64,000 bases of DNA from Candidatus Flemingiibacterium sp. (GTDB taxonomy: Bacteria > Bacillota > Clostridia > Oscillospirales > CAG-272): positions 9,665 to 73,664 of the forward strand of contig JAZQZL010000058.1 of NCBI GenBank assembly GCA_045634005.1, in the 5' to 3' direction. The position numbers were made by a program, and so were the translations under genes. Numbering within the stretch: position 1 is the first letter of the stretch; each line of letters starts with the position of its first letter. Positions 19,030-29,401 of the stretch are shown here, piece by piece. The notes under the pieces were generated by a model. That model had not been told where the DNA came from and searched no databases. It saw only the letters and a program-made list of their open reading frames with translations.

Positions 19030-21292
19030 TTGCTTCGACTTCTCTCTTGTATCCGCAGCCGTCCTTCTTGCATATCACATAAGGCTTACCCTTCTTGCGG
19101 TAAAGCATCTCCCCGCAATCGGGACACTTTTCACCGGTCGGCATATCCCACGAGGAGAAGCCGCAATCGGGATACTTTTCACAGCTGTAGAATATCGAAC
19201 GGTTCTTGCCCTTCTTAATAACGACCTTCGAGCCACAGAGGGGGCACGCAACGCCGAGATCCTTTGCAACCTGACGTGTAGTCTTGCACTCGGGGTATCT
19301 CGAGCAAGCGTAGAAGCTACCGAATCTACCCGTGCGGATAACCATAGGACTACCGCAGGTATCACAAACCATATCGGTGGTGATATCGGGCTTTTCGTCT
19401 ACCTTTTCAGGCTCCTTTGCGGTAAGAGGCTTCGTATTGCGGCAGGTCGGATAGTTCGGGCAAGCGGCAAACTTGCCGAAGCGTCCGTTTTTGACTATCA
19501 TCTTCGAGCCGCACTTGTCGCAGATAATATCGGTTTCCTCAACGGGAAGCTGATACTTGTTCTTGTCAACGTTTTCCTCTGCCCACTCGAGCGTCTTTGC
19601 GAAATCGTCGTAGAATCCGTGGAGTACGCCGCTGACGGTGGAGTCACCCTCGGCGATCTCATCAAGCTCGGTTTCCATATTCGCGGTGAACTCGTAGTCA
19701 ACAACCTTCGGGAAGGAATCAACCATAAGCTTCGTCGTCATTTCTCCGAGATCGGTAGGCTTCAGCATCTTACCGTCGCGAACAACATAGCCGCGAGCAA
19801 TAATCGTCGTGATGATAGTTGAGAACGTACTGGGGCGACCGATGCCGCGTTCCTCGAGGAACTTGACGAGCGATGCTTCATTGTAGCGCGGAGGCGCCTC
19901 GGTGAAGTGCTGCGCAGAATCGGTACTGCCGTGCTTGAGGGTGTCGCCTTCCTCGATTTTGGGAAGTCTTGCGCTCTTCTCGGGAGTGTCCGCATCCGCC
20001 GCGCTCTGTGCGACGTAATCCTCGCTCTCCTCGTAAACGCTCATATAGCCGTGGAACTTTACGGTATAGCCGCTTGAGCGGAAGATGTATCCGCCCGCCT
20101 CGATATCCGCAGTTACGGTATCAAGCTCGGCAGACGCCATCTGGCTTGCCATAAATCTGTCCCAGATAAGCTTGTAAAGACGGTACTGATCCGTCGTGAG
20201 CATCTTCTTTATCTTATCGGGCTCGAACGCAAGCGTCGACGGGCGAATTGCCTCATGCGCATCCTGCGCGCCCGACTTGGTCTTATAAATGCGGCGCTCT
20301 GTGGGGTAGAACTCCGCGCCGTACTTTTCTACGATATAAGCCTGTGCCGCGTCAGCCGCCTCATCCGCGATACGAAGCGAGTCAGTACGCATGTAGGTGA
20401 TAAGACCCTGCGTACCGCCGCTCGAAGCTCCGAGGTTGATACCCTCGTAAAGCTCCTGCGCAACACGCATTGTGCGGCTCGACTGGAAGCCAAGTCTGCG
20501 CGACGCCTCCTGCTGGAGAGTAGAGGTGGTAAAGGGCGGTGCGGGATTCTTTACTCTGATTGCCTTTTTAACCGACTTTACGATGAAATCCTCACCGTCA
20601 ACAGAGCGAACGACCTTCATCGTTTCCTCTTCGTTTGTAAGCGCGATCTTGCCGTCTGCGTCACCGTAGAACTTCGCCTTTATCTTGCCGCGGCTCTTGT
20701 TTTCCAGCACCACGCTGAGCGTCCAGTATTCCTCGGGAACAAACGCACGGATCTCCTCCTCGCGCTCGACTATAATACGAGTAGCAACTGACTGCACACG
20801 TCCTGCGGAAAGACCCGACTTGATAGTCTTCCAAAGGAACGGACTCAACTTGTATCCAACTATTCTGTCAAGGATACGGCGAGCCTGCTGGGAGTTTACA
20901 AGTCCCATATCTATCTCGCGCGGCGTTTTCATGCCTGCCTTGACGGCCTTCTTTGTGATTTCATTAAAAGTAACGCGCTTTATCTTCGACTTGGGAAGAC
21001 CAAGCGTTTCCGAAAGATGCCACGCAATAGCCTCGCCCTCGCGGTCAGGGTCCGTTGCGAGGAATACTTTATCAGCGTGCTTTGCTTCTTTTTTAAGGTT
21101 CTTTATAAGATCACCCTTACCGCGAATATTGATATACTTCGCAGAAAAGTCGTTATCGACGTCAATACCGAGCGTGCTTTTGGGCAGGTCACGGATATGA
21201 CCGGTGCAGCCTACTACCTTATAGCCCGAGCCAAGATAGCCCTTTACGGTGCTTGCCTTGGTGGGCGACTCCATAATTACGAGATTTGCCAT
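19013..21292 (-). CDS. topA: DNA topoisomerase I
   Basis: TOPRIM N-terminus ([10 protein letters not shown]), the catalytic region, and several C-terminal CxxC...CxxC zinc ribbons. Confidence 0.95.
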   Translation of the reverse strand: MANLVIMESPTKASTVKGYLGSGYKVVGCTGHIRDLPKSTLGIDVDNDFSAKYINIRGKGDLIKNLKKEAKHADKVFLATDPDREGEAIAWHLSETLGLPKSKIKRVTFNEITKKAVKAGMKTPREIDMGLVNSQQARRILDRIVGYKLSPFLWKTIKSGLSAGRVQSVATRIIVEREEEIRAFVPEEYWTLSVVLENKSRGKIKAKFYGDADGKIALTNEEETMKVVRSVDGEDFIVKSVKKAIRVKNPAPPFTTSTLQQEASRRLGFQSSRTMRVAQELYEGINLGASSGGTQGLITYMRTDSLRIADEAADAAQAYIVEKYGAEFYPTERRIYKTKSGAQDAHEAIRPSTLAFEPDKIKKMLTTDQYRLYKLIWDRFMASQMASAELDTVTADIEAGGYIFRSSGYTVKFHGYMSVYEESEDYVAQSAADADTPEKSARLPKIEEGDTLKHGSTDSAQHFTEAPPRYNEASLVKFLEERGIGRPSTFSTIITTIIARGYVVRDGKMLKPTDLGEMTTKLMVDSFPKVVDYEFTANMETELDEIAEGDSTVSGVLHGFYDDFAKTLEWAEENVDKNKYQLPVEETDIICDKCGSKMIVKNGRFGKFAACPNYPTCRNTKPLTAKEPEKVDEKPDITTDMVCDTCGSPMVIRTGRFGSFYACSRYPECKTTRQVAKDLGVACPLCGSKVVIKKGKNRSIFYSCEKYPDCGFSSWDMPTGEKCPDCGEMLYRKKGKPYVICKKDGCGYKREVEANGDAE

Positions 21293-21314
21293 TTGGGAAT
21301 TTCTCCTTGCTTTG

Positions 21315-22667
21315 TTATATTAATTTTCTGTAAAGCCCGCCCGGGAGAGCCTCAACGGCCGAGTAGAGCTCCAGCATCGTAAGCGATGCAAGCACCTCGT
21401 CCGTGGAGATTCCCGTTTGTGCGATATTGTCTGTGGTAACCGCTATTCCGTCGGGGATAGCATCGAGCACTCTGCGCTGTACCGCGTCGAGGCAGGACAG
21501 TATTTCCTCGCGCTCTTTTCCGTCGTGCTCGCGCGGGGACGGCTTTGGCGCTTCATCCGATTTTTCCGATGCACCGCGCCCGCCTTGCTTTCGGTAATCC
21601 GTAGGTGTCGGTACGTCGGGAAGCCTTTTCGTGTCTGCAGCCTTTTTGATCGGCGGAACCTTCATAGGCGGCAGCTTATCCTGCTTCTTGGGAGAGAGGG
21701 GCTGATTTTCCGCCTTCACAGGTATGCTATGATTATATTCATAGCGAATGTATTTATCACTGCTTGTTATGCGCTCAAGCCTTTTGAGGTTAAAGCTGTC
21801 GGCAAAATCCTCGATAATATCCTCGGCACACGTCACAAGCTTCGCGCCGTCGCGAATAAGTCGGTTCGGTCCGACGCTGTTAGGCGCGCCGACGTTACCC
21901 GGAACCGCGTAAACTCTGCGGCCCTGATCACACGCGCACCTTGCCGTAATAAGCGCACCGCTTCGTTCGCCGCCTTCAACAACGACGACTGCATCGGCAA
22001 GACCGCTCATAATTCTGTTTCGTATCGGGAAGTTGCGTCCGTACGGCGGAGTGTTCGGCTCGAACTCGCTCACGACCATACCGTTTTCACCTATCCAATC
22101 AAGCATTTTCTTGTTTGACGGAGGATACGGCACGTTTACGCCCGTACCGAGCACGGCAACAGTCGGCTCCTCCATAAACACAGCAGTATTGTTCGCGGCG
22201 GAGTCAACTCCGTACGCCGCACCGCTTATAATGATAGCACCGTACGCGATCAGCTGACGCGCAAGCGTGAACGCCATATGCTTTCCGTAGCTCGACATCG
22301 AGCGCGTTCCGACAATGCTCACGCAAAAGCGCTCGTCAAGATCCTTAATCATACCGCGTGCGTAAAGCACAAGCGGCTTGTTGTAAAGCCCGTGAAGCCT
22401 TCTCGGATAATTCGGCGAGGTACACGGAATAACACGTATTCCGTTCATAAAGCAAAACTCAAGTGTACGCTCGGCTCGCGTAAGGTCGTGATCTGCAAGG
22501 CGCTCGCGGAATTGCTTATTCACGCTCACACAGGCGGCAAGCTGTTCGTTTGTTGCCTCATATACTTCCCTTGCACCGCCCGGAAAATACTCAAGCAGCT
22601 TCAGGGCATCTGCAGAGCCCGCACCGTTTTTATCGGCAAGCCAGACCCAGTAAATTATATCATTCAT
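21315..22667 (-). CDS. dprA: DNA-processing protein DprA (Smf)
   Basis: ORF 21315..22775. Start at MNDIIYWVWL (ATG 22667). It has a Rossmann-like DprA core (IVGTRSMSSYG...IISGAAYGVDS...VVVEGGERSGALITA) and a C-terminal winged-helix tail after a long low-complexity linker. Confidence 0.85.
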   Translation of the reverse strand: MNDIIYWVWLADKNGAGSADALKLLEYFPGGAREVYEATNEQLAACVSVNKQFRERLADHDLTRAERTLEFCFMNGIRVIPCTSPNYPRRLHGLYNKPLVLYARGMIKDLDERFCVSIVGTRSMSSYGKHMAFTLARQLIAYGAIIISGAAYGVDSAANNTAVFMEEPTVAVLGTGVNVPYPPSNKKMLDWIGENGMVVSEFEPNTPPYGRNFPIRNRIMSGLADAVVVVEGGERSGALITARCACDQGRRVYAVPGNVGAPNSVGPNRLIRDGAKLVTCAEDIIEDFADSFNLKRLERITSSDKYIRYEYNHSIPVKAENQPLSPKKQDKLPPMKVPPIKKAADTKRLPDVPTPTDYRKQGGRGASEKSDEAPKPSPREHDGKEREEILSCLDAVQRRVLDAIPDGIAVTTDNIAQTGISTDEVLASLTMLELYSAVEALPGGLYRKLI

Positions 22668-22753
22668 AGTCAAGTATTCCTTCTTGGGCGCATTTGATAC
22701 CAATCGGGTTATCGGCGCGCCAACAATATTCACTAAATAATATACCAAGTTAT

Positions 22754-22782
22754 AGTATACCTCTAACAGACTCAAATTGCAA
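22754..22782 (-). promoter_or_regulatory. candidate dprA-topA operon promoter
   Basis: On the minus strand: TTGCAA (22782-22777), 17 nt spacer, TATACT (22759-22754). Confidence 0.5.
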
Positions 22783-22861
22783 GAGGTTTTTCATAAATTT
22801 ACAAATTTTCTATATAATAATGAAGAAATGTATTTTATTTTCAATGTGTTTTGACAGAGCG

Positions 22862-22908
22862 CAAAAAAACGGCTTGCCCATACCTCATTTTGAGATAAGA
22901 CAAGCCGT
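22862..22908 (-). terminator. intrinsic terminator after rqcH
   Basis: On the minus strand: stem ACGGCTTG/CAAGCCGT (22901-22908 with 22869-22876) followed by a T7 run. Confidence 0.6.
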
Positions 22909-22914
22909 CTGCAA

Positions 22915-24666
22915 TTATTTTATTTTGAGCGAAAGCACCGTCTTTTCATCGGGTGTTACAAACGCTGTGTAGTTAGTAAGATACGTAACGAATCCGGGCT
23001 TTGATCCACTCGGCTTCTTGATATTACGTATAAGCGTGTAGTCAACGGCGACGTTCTGTCCTTCGCTTACCTTCGAGTGATATGCCGCGATCATAGCCGC
23101 CTCGGTAAAATCACGTTCACCCGGTTCTTCCCCATCCGTCATCATAACGACGTGCGAGCCCGGCTGATTTTTTACGTGGAACCAATAATCGCTCTTCGAA
23201 GCAAGGCGCGTGGTCAGGTAGTCGTTCTGGTGATTGTTTTTACCGCAGAGTATTCTGTAGCCACCGCTCGACTTAAACTCCATAAGCTTCGGAGCGGACA
23301 TCTTCTTCGGCGAATAATTCTTCATTCGCGAAGCATATCCCGAGCCGTGAAGCTCGGCGCGTATCTCTAAAATATCGCTCTCGCTCTCCGCGCGGGTGAG
23401 CGAGTCGAACACCGTGTAGATATATTCAAGCTCTCCCTCGGCAAGCTTTATCTGCTTTGCAAGCTCGATTTCTGCGGTCTTGGATTTGTTGTACTTTTTA
23501 TAGTATTTCTGCGCGTTCTGCTGCGGTGTCAAACGCTTGTCAAGCGGAATTTCGATAGTAGGACAAGCATCGTCGTAATAGTTTTCGAGTACCGCCGTTT
23601 CCATACCGCGAGAAAGTCGGTATATGTTGCCCGTGATAAGGTCACCCCACAGCTTATAGCGCTCCTTGTCGGCACACGCGAGAAGGTCCTCCTTCTGAAG
23701 CGCGAGCTTCTTCTCAAGGCGAGCTTCCGCGTTGGTAAGCAGGCGAAAAATGTCCGCCGTACGCTGACGGATACGCTCCGCTTTATCGCGGCGGCCGAAA
23801 TATTCGTCGAGTAACTCGCCGAAGCTATCAAGCCTGCGCGCTTCGAAATTGGTGCCGTATTCAAGCGGCTCGAAGAAAAGGTATTCAACAGGCTTGCCTG
23901 CCGTATCGCAAACGAGCCACGGCTCATACTCGCCGCCGTTCATTTTTTCCGTTACATAAGAGAACGCCCCCCAAAGCTTTTCTGCGTCGCAGCTGTGCAG
24001 GGACGCATCGACCTGTCCTGTGGCGCGATACACAATCTCGCGTGCAACCACCGCCGCAAAGCCGTAGAAGTTCGCGAGAATAAACTTATCTGCACACATA
24101 TCCTCCGCCGCTGAATACGCTTCCATAAACTGCTCTTTTGTGGCAGTAAGCGGACATAATTTCTTCTGTTCGGGCGGAAGCTCATACGGGAAGCCCGGAA
24201 GGATCTGGCGCACGTTGCTTGTCGCAAGATCGATTATTTTAAGCGCACTGACAACCTTCTTTTCAGCGTTCAAAAGAATGACGTTGCTGTATTTGCCCAT
24301 CGTTTCCGTAACGAGATATTTGGTCGTTTCAAAGCCCATCTCATCGTAGCAGTCGAAAGCAAACTCCACCGCGCGCTCAAATCCGAGCTGGGTAATACCC
24401 GATACTCTCGCGCCTGTCAGATGCTTGCGAAGAAGCATACAGAACATCGGCGGCGTCATCGGGTTTTCCTTGACCGTCGCGGTTATATTAAAGTGTGGAT
24501 TGTTCGTACCCGACGATAGCGCAAGGCGCATATTCTCGCGTCCGAGGTGCAAGAGAAGCACTATCTCATCGCGTTCAGGCTGCGTCACCTTTTCAACGCG
24601 CGCGCCCATTATACGTCCATTCAAATCGTGCACTATCGCAGATACCATTCCTGCGTCAAAAGCCAT
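22915..24666 (-). CDS. rqcH: ribosome quality control protein RqcH (NFACT / FbpA family)
   Basis: NFACT-N N-terminus (MAFDAGMVSAIVHDLN..), a coiled-coil middle, and a C-terminal NFACT-R/DUF814 motif (DYWFHVKNQPGSHVVM). Confidence 0.85.
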   Translation of the reverse strand: MAFDAGMVSAIVHDLNGRIMGARVEKVTQPERDEIVLLLHLGRENMRLALSSGTNNPHFNITATVKENPMTPPMFCMLLRKHLTGARVSGITQLGFERAVEFAFDCYDEMGFETTKYLVTETMGKYSNVILLNAEKKVVSALKIIDLATSNVRQILPGFPYELPPEQKKLCPLTATKEQFMEAYSAAEDMCADKFILANFYGFAAVVAREIVYRATGQVDASLHSCDAEKLWGAFSYVTEKMNGGEYEPWLVCDTAGKPVEYLFFEPLEYGTNFEARRLDSFGELLDEYFGRRDKAERIRQRTADIFRLLTNAEARLEKKLALQKEDLLACADKERYKLWGDLITGNIYRLSRGMETAVLENYYDDACPTIEIPLDKRLTPQQNAQKYYKKYNKSKTAEIELAKQIKLAEGELEYIYTVFDSLTRAESESDILEIRAELHGSGYASRMKNYSPKKMSAPKLMEFKSSGGYRILCGKNNHQNDYLTTRLASKSDYWFHVKNQPGSHVVMMTDGEEPGERDFTEAAMIAAYHSKVSEGQNVAVDYTLIRNIKKPSGSKPGFVTYLTNYTAFVTPDEKTVLSLKIK

Positions 24667-24687
24667 AATTATCCTCCAAAGCCTCGG

Positions 24688-25383
24688 CTACTCACCGAAG
24701 CCGACAACGTAATATTTCTTACAGATCACCTCGCCGCCAAGACTTTCGGCAAGACGAATCGACGCGCCGTTACCCGATGCGCACTCGTATATCGCCGTAT
24801 GTCCGAGCCGCGAAAGCTCGCCGACAAGCGCGCTGACACACGCTTTTCCGTAGCCATGCCGACGGTACTCTTCGGCGGTATCGACGCCGATCTCAACCTC
24901 GCGCGGTGTATCCTCCCCGATCGGCTCACCCGTGTTCGCAACGGCAACGATTTTATTATCTACCACCGCCGCATACACTATATATCCGTCCGATAAAAGC
25001 CCGTCGATATCGGTATCGGTGAGATCCTCATAACCCTCTCTGCCATATAGGCGGCACACGCTTTCGCTATCCCCATACGCTTTCGCATCGAGCGCAAAAT
25101 TCATGTAATAATCATACGAATCGGGGCTCAATTCAAAGCCGTGCGTTTCAAGAAACGCGCCGAATTTTTCGCTTGCCCACAACACAGCATCGTGCGAAAA
25201 AAGCGTCGGCTCGTCTGCACCGTACCGGCATAAAAGCCCGTCAACAAGCGCCTTCACCGACGGATAATACCACACGCACACATCATCGCCGCAAGCTGTA
25301 ATTTCAAGCGGCACAGCGACCTCGCCGCCGTCGAGCCACGCTTCGTCGCGCTCAACGAGCGTTATATTCAGCTTTTGCGCCAC
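24688..25383 (-). CDS. GNAT family N-acetyltransferase
   Basis: GTG start preceded by GGGAGG. The C-terminal half has an acetyl-CoA binding motif (RRHGYGKACVSALV). Confidence 0.75.
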   Translation of the reverse strand: MAQKLNITLVERDEAWLDGGEVAVPLEITACGDDVCVWYYPSVKALVDGLLCRYGADEPTLFSHDAVLWASEKFGAFLETHGFELSPDSYDYYMNFALDAKAYGDSESVCRLYGREGYEDLTDTDIDGLLSDGYIVYAAVVDNKIVAVANTGEPIGEDTPREVEIGVDTAEEYRRHGYGKACVSALVGELSRLGHTAIYECASGNGASIRLAESLGGEVICKKYYVVGFGE

Positions 25384-25413
25384 AGTATCGCCTCCCGTTC
25401 GGTTGATATAATA

Positions 25414-25442
25414 ATTTTACCGCATCGGCACAGATTTGTCAA
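25414..25442 (-). promoter_or_regulatory. candidate promoter of the GNAT gene 24688..25383
   Basis: On the minus strand: TTGACA (25442-25437), 17 nt spacer, TAAAAT (25419-25414). Confidence 0.5.
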
Positions 25443-25500
25443 CGCTTGATAGAGAAAATATTTTTGGCAAAAAATATTCGAAGGGATCCCTCGCAAAACA

Positions 25501-25530
25501 AAAAAACACCCGATGCAAACGCATCGGGTA
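25501..25530 (-). terminator. intrinsic terminator after rpmF
   Basis: Stem CCCGATGC/GCATCGGG (25509-25516 with 25521-25528), followed on the minus strand by a T6 run. Confidence 0.75.
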
Positions 25531-25540
25531 TTTTTCGTCA

Positions 25541-25720
25541 TTAGTCAACGTTAACGACCTGCTCACCCTTGTAGGTTCCGCAAGCTCTGCAAACTCTGTG
25601 TGCGAGGTTGTACTCACCGCACTTCGGGCACTTTACCATACCCGGCATTTCGAGCTTCCATACGTTAGATCTTCTCTTATCGCGTCTCGCGCTGGAGACT
25701 TTCTTCTTCGGTACTGCCAT
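25541..25720 (-). CDS. rpmF: 50S ribosomal protein L32
   Basis: 59 aa, below the ORF-track cutoff. My translation reads MAVPKKKVSSARRDKRRSNVWKLEMPGMVKCPKCGEYNLAHRVCRACGTYKGEQVVNVD. AAGGAGG lies upstream, and yceD is upstream as in most bacteria. Confidence 0.9.
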   Translation of the reverse strand: MAVPKKKVSSARRDKRRSNVWKLEMPGMVKCPKCGEYNLAHRVCRACGTYKGEQVVNVD

Positions 25721-25772
25721 TTTAAGACACCTCCTTAACTGTATAACACTTTTTATTATACATCAATTATTT

Positions 25773-26300
25773 TTATTTTTCAAGTAGTTTTTGCAAAATT
25801 GCGAGTCTTGGATCAATTTCTTTTTTCGGACAGCCGCAATCGCCCTCGTTTAAGTCCTTGCCGCACTTGGGACAAAGTCCCTTGCACTCCTCGGAACAAA
25901 CCTCTTTCATCGGGAACTCCATCATAAGCTGTTCGGCCGCTACAGTATCAAGCTCCAGCATACCGTCAACTATCTGAATATAGTCATCCGCTTCCTCGTC
26001 GCTTGTGTTGACAAGCTCGCCACGGTTAACTACCGTGCGCTCAAATTCCACCGTAAAGCTTCTTTTAAGCGGTGCGAGGCAGCGTGCACACTCGGCATCG
26101 TAGTCAACGCTGACCGAGGCGCGAAGTCCGATGTATCCGCCCATATTAACGATTTCACCGCTAACACGTGCAGGCTTTTCAAAAACTACGCCGTCTACCT
26201 TGGTGTCAAATCCGAAGTCGCCTTCCGTCAAAGAAAAGCTGTAGTCAAACGGCAGTTTTGTTACCTCACCCGAAAGGACGGATCGCATATCAATAGCCAT
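25773..26300 (-). CDS. yceD: YceD family protein (DUF177)
   Basis: ORF 25773..26327. Start at MAIDM (ATG 26300), after GGAGGTGG. C-terminal CxxC..CxxC motifs are present, and it precedes rpmF. Confidence 0.85.
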   Translation of the reverse strand: MAIDMRSVLSGEVTKLPFDYSFSLTEGDFGFDTKVDGVVFEKPARVSGEIVNMGGYIGLRASVSVDYDAECARCLAPLKRSFTVEFERTVVNRGELVNTSDEEADDYIQIVDGMLELDTVAAEQLMMEFPMKEVCSEECKGLCPKCGKDLNEGDCGCPKKEIDPRLAILQKLLEK

Positions 26301-26343
26301 TTTACCACCTCCGTTTTGTGGACACAAAAGTGCTAACTTGTAT

Positions 26344-26372
26344 ATTATATATTAAAATTCGCGATTTGTCAA
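26344..26372 (-). promoter_or_regulatory. candidate yceD-rpmF promoter
   Basis: On the minus strand: TTGACA (26372-26367), 17 nt spacer, TATAAT (26349-26344). Confidence 0.6.
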
Positions 26373-26400
26373 TAGTTATAGAAAAATAATCAAAATTTGT

Positions 26401-27000
26401 TCACATTGTCCTACGGCCTTCAAGTGCGCGCATAAGCGTTACCTCGTCCGCGTACTCAAGCTCGCCGCCCACGGGAATACCGTAAGCAAGGCGCGACACC
26501 TTTATTCCGAGCGGCTTTATAAGCTTGGTTATATACATAGCCGTAGCCTCGCCCTCGACTGTCGGATTGGTCGCGATGATTATTTCGTTTACCTCGCCGT
26601 CACCGAGGCGAAGCATAAGCTCGCGTATGCGAAGCTTGTCGGGACCGATGCCCGACATAGGCGATATCGCGCCGTGAAGCACGTGGTAAACGCCGCTGTA
26701 TTCCTTGACCTTTTCAAGCGACATTACAGCCTTGGCGTCCTCAACGACACAGATGACCGAGCGGTCACGCCCTGTATCGGCGCAAACGGGACAAAGCTCG
26801 CCGTCGGAGAAATTCTGACACACCGAGCAGGTGCGCACACGCTCCTTCGCGCCGCGAACGGCATCGGCAAACGCCTCTGCCTCCTCGGGCGTAAAATCAA
26901 GCACCGAAAACGCGAGTCTGACCGCAGTTTTCTTGCCGATTCCCGGGAGCCTCTGAAACTGCTCGATCAGCTTCTCAAGCGGAAGAATGTACTCCGCCAT
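26401..27000 (-). CDS. recR: recombination protein RecR
   Basis: HhH motif (LPGIGKKTAVRLAF), a C4 zinc finger (CSVCQN..CPVC) and a Toprim domain. Confidence 0.95.
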   Translation of the reverse strand: MAEYILPLEKLIEQFQRLPGIGKKTAVRLAFSVLDFTPEEAEAFADAVRGAKERVRTCSVCQNFSDGELCPVCADTGRDRSVICVVEDAKAVMSLEKVKEYSGVYHVLHGAISPMSGIGPDKLRIRELMLRLGDGEVNEIIIATNPTVEGEATAMYITKLIKPLGIKVSRLAYGIPVGGELEYADEVTLMRALEGRRTM

Positions 27001-27005
27001 ATCGC

Positions 27006-27359
27006 TTAAAACAGACCGGGCATTCCCATGCCGATATCACCGGTGATCTTCTGCATCTCTGCAGCGCTCGTATCCTCGACCTTCTTAATAGCCTCGTTTA
27101 CAGCGGCGATAACAAGATCGGAAAGCGTTTCAATATCGTCAGGATCGACTATCTCGGGCTTGATATCAAGAGAGAGAACTTCCTTCTTGCCGTTCATTTT
27201 GAGAGAAACCACACCGCCGCCGACGGATACGTCGTACTCGCGACCTTCGAGTTCCTCCTGCATTGCCGCCATATCCTCCTGCATCTTCTGTGCCTGACGG
27301 AGCATAGCGTTCATATTCTGCGGGCCGCCGCCCATGCCCTTCGGTAAACGTGCTTTCAT
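27006..27359 (-). CDS. ybaB: nucleoid-associated protein YbaB/EbfC
   Basis: ORF 27006..27461. Start at MKARLPKG (ATG 27359), which lies downstream of the dnaX stop. Typical sequence ([16 protein letters not shown]) and dnaX-ybaB-recR synteny. Confidence 0.9.
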   Translation of the reverse strand: MKARLPKGMGGGPQNMNAMLRQAQKMQEDMAAMQEELEGREYDVSVGGGVVSLKMNGKKEVLSLDIKPEIVDPDDIETLSDLVIAAVNEAIKKVEDTSAAEMQKITGDIGMGMPGLF

Positions 27360-27381
27360 AGTAAAATTTCCTTTCGCTGTG

Positions 27382-28965
27382 TTAGTTATTGCTCTGCGAG
27401 CCGATTTCAAGCTCGTCAAGTACGTTGTTTGCAGACTCCTTTTTTTCGGGTGCATATTCAAGCTTTACCGAGTTTGCGGTAAGGCTTCCCTCCTCAAAGG
27501 TGTTGAGTACCTCAAGAACCTGGTCGAATCTGCTTGTGATAATGGTCAGCGCCATCTGGTTGCTCGTGCGTATATGCACAAGCTCGTCCGTGTTGACCGT
27601 GTAGCCTTTACACGATTCGCGAAGCAAACTGCCGAGCATCAGGTCACGCTCACAGCACTTCTGCACGAACTCCGCCCAGTACGGGAGCTGTCTGTATTCT
27701 TTTTTAACAGATGGATCTGCAGCCGCCGTTTTTTCGGCAGGAACCGCCTCACTCGGTGCGCTTTGAGGCTTTGCCGACACCGCATCGGCAGACGCCGCCG
27801 CATTCACTCGGTATGCGCCGGACTTAAGCTTGTCCTCAAGAAGCGTCAACCTTGAAGCAAGCGCCTCGCCTGACGTAGAAAATCTCTCGTCGCACATACG
27901 GACAAGCGTCATCTCGGCAATAAGCCGCTTCGAGGAATTTGACAGTCGCATAGCCGCGAGCGCTTCATCGAGCAGCTTTGCGTGGTAAACGATTGTTTCT
28001 GTTGCAAACCGTGCGGATATCTCCATAAGCTCTGCGTACTGTCGCTCGGACAAATCGAGATATTCCCGCGCTCCCTTCGTTGTCTTTACAACGAGCATAT
28101 CGCGGTAGAAGGCGATAAGGTCCGTCCAAAGCACGGACAAGTCCTTGCTTGACGCAAACATCTTGCCGATCTCGCCAAACAGCGTATCGTAATCCTTGTC
28201 GCATACAGCGTTAAGGAGCTTCAAAATAACGTCGCGTCCACCCGAGCCCGCGATCTCCTCTACCACCTCTACGGTGACTGGCTTGTTCTCGCCCGAACAA
28301 AGCTCGAGTAGCGAAATAGCATCGCGCATACCGCCCTGCGCCAGGTGCGCGAGCATAAACGCCGCCTCGTGGTCAATCTCGATGCCCTCCGCCTTCGCAA
28401 TATGCTCAAGGCGAGCGGCGATGACCTCGCTCGATATACGGCGAAAATCGTATCGCTGACAGCGTGACAAAATAGTTGCCGGAATTTTGTGTATTTCGGT
28501 GGTCGCGAGTATGAACATAACGTGTGCAGGCGGCTCCTCAAGCGTTTTGAGAAGCGCGTTGAACGCGCTCTGCGAGAGCATATGCACCTCGTCGATAATG
28601 TATACCTTTTTCTTTAGCTCGGCAGGCAGATACTCCACCTCGTCGCGTATCTGTCGGATATCGTCAACGCCGTTGTTTGAAGCGGCGTCCATCTCAACAA
28701 TATCGATACAGCTTGCCGAATCGGCAGATAAACACGCGGCGCATTTGCCGCACGGATTACCGTTCTCCGGCGACTCACAGTTGACCGCCTTGGCAAGTAT
28801 CTTCGCGCAGGTAGTCTTACCCGTACCGCGCGAGCCCATAAAGAGGTACGCGTGCGAGGTCTTGCCGTTTTCCACGGCATAGCGCAAAATAGCCGTTATG
28901 TGGTCCTGACCGCAAACGTCCGAAAAGGTCTGCGGGCGCCATTTTCTGTATAACGCCTGATGCAA
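27382..28965 (-). CDS. dnaX: DNA polymerase III subunit gamma/tau
   Basis: TTG start with GAGAGGA upstream. It has an AAA+ clamp-loader N-terminus ([20 protein letters not shown], the zinc module CGKCAAC and SRC). Confidence 0.95.
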   Translation of the reverse strand: MHQALYRKWRPQTFSDVCGQDHITAILRYAVENGKTSHAYLFMGSRGTGKTTCAKILAKAVNCESPENGNPCGKCAACLSADSASCIDIVEMDAASNNGVDDIRQIRDEVEYLPAELKKKVYIIDEVHMLSQSAFNALLKTLEEPPAHVMFILATTEIHKIPATILSRCQRYDFRRISSEVIAARLEHIAKAEGIEIDHEAAFMLAHLAQGGMRDAISLLELCSGENKPVTVEVVEEIAGSGGRDVILKLLNAVCDKDYDTLFGEIGKMFASSKDLSVLWTDLIAFYRDMLVVKTTKGAREYLDLSERQYAELMEISARFATETIVYHAKLLDEALAAMRLSNSSKRLIAEMTLVRMCDERFSTSGEALASRLTLLEDKLKSGAYRVNAAASADAVSAKPQSAPSEAVPAEKTAAADPSVKKEYRQLPYWAEFVQKCCERDLMLGSLLRESCKGYTVNTDELVHIRTSNQMALTIITSRFDQVLEVLNTFEEGSLTANSVKLEYAPEKKESANNVLDELEIGSQSNN

Positions 28966-28990
28966 AATAACACGTCCTCTCTAAAAAATT

Positions 28991-29296
28991 GACAAGCTAT
29001 AAAATAAGACCATACACCCAAAGCTCGAACTGCTCTTATGTGCGTGAACGCCGGAATATACTCGGGACAGGTGACCTCGCGGCACACCGGAGTAACTGCT
29101 TAATGCTGCTTGGTTCCCCACCTGACATGGTTCACAGCCTCCGATTGCGCAAGACCCGTCCGTCAACGTATAAGACCCGTCGTGCAGACCACACAAAATC
29201 AGCCCTTACAATAGGAATCCACCCCTGCTGTAGCGGACTGCAGGTGCAAGGCACCGCTAATTCCCCGGCTGGTATGGCCTTATTTTATAGCTTGTC
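28991..29296 (-). ncRNA. ffs: signal recognition particle RNA, long (Bacillus scRNA-like) form
   Basis: The minus strand carries the domain IV motif GUCAGGUGGGGAACCAAGCAGC (compare E. coli GUCAGGUCCGGAAGGAAGCAGC). It also carries the Alu-domain motif AGCGGUGCCUUGCACCUGCAGUCCGCUACAGCAGGGG (compare the B. subtilis scRNA sequence as I recall it). A roughly 25-bp terminal stem pairs 29296-29272 with 29015-28991. The gene lies directly upstream of dnaX, as is usual in Firmicutes. The ends are approximate. Confidence 0.85.
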
Positions 29297-29330
29297 GCCA
29301 GCAAAAGCCTATCGGCTTCCATACTAATAT

Positions 29331-29359
29331 ATTATAACAGATATTTTTAAATAATGCAA
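29331..29359 (-). promoter_or_regulatory. candidate SRP RNA promoter
   Basis: On the minus strand: TTGCAT (29359-29354), 17 nt spacer, TATAAT (29336-29331). Confidence 0.6.
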
Positions 29360-29401
29360 TAGGATTTTTGAAATTTATAGCTTTGTTATATCTTCGCTTA
29401 T

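Noticed and set aside
21315-22775. N-terminal extensions suggested by the longest-ORF calls. Examples are dprA from 22775, leuS from 7159, rpoB from 48128, spoVG from 35104, ybaB from 27461, ppa from 37989, yhbY from 10265, trmL from 51478 and the isomerase from 52106.
   Set aside because: In each case an internal start has a proper SD at 5-12 nt, and the protein then begins with the conserved family N-terminus. The extensions overlap upstream genes or promoters.
27699-27708. An A6 run (GTT AAA AAA GAA) about 80% of the way into dnaX. Its position recalls the E. coli dnaX programmed -1 frameshift site that produces the gamma subunit.
   Set aside because: The zero-frame heptamer is T AAA AAA, not A AAA AAG. 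I see no downstream stem-loop or upstream SD-like stimulator. The -1 frame would continue for about 20 codons. There is insufficient evidence for recoding.
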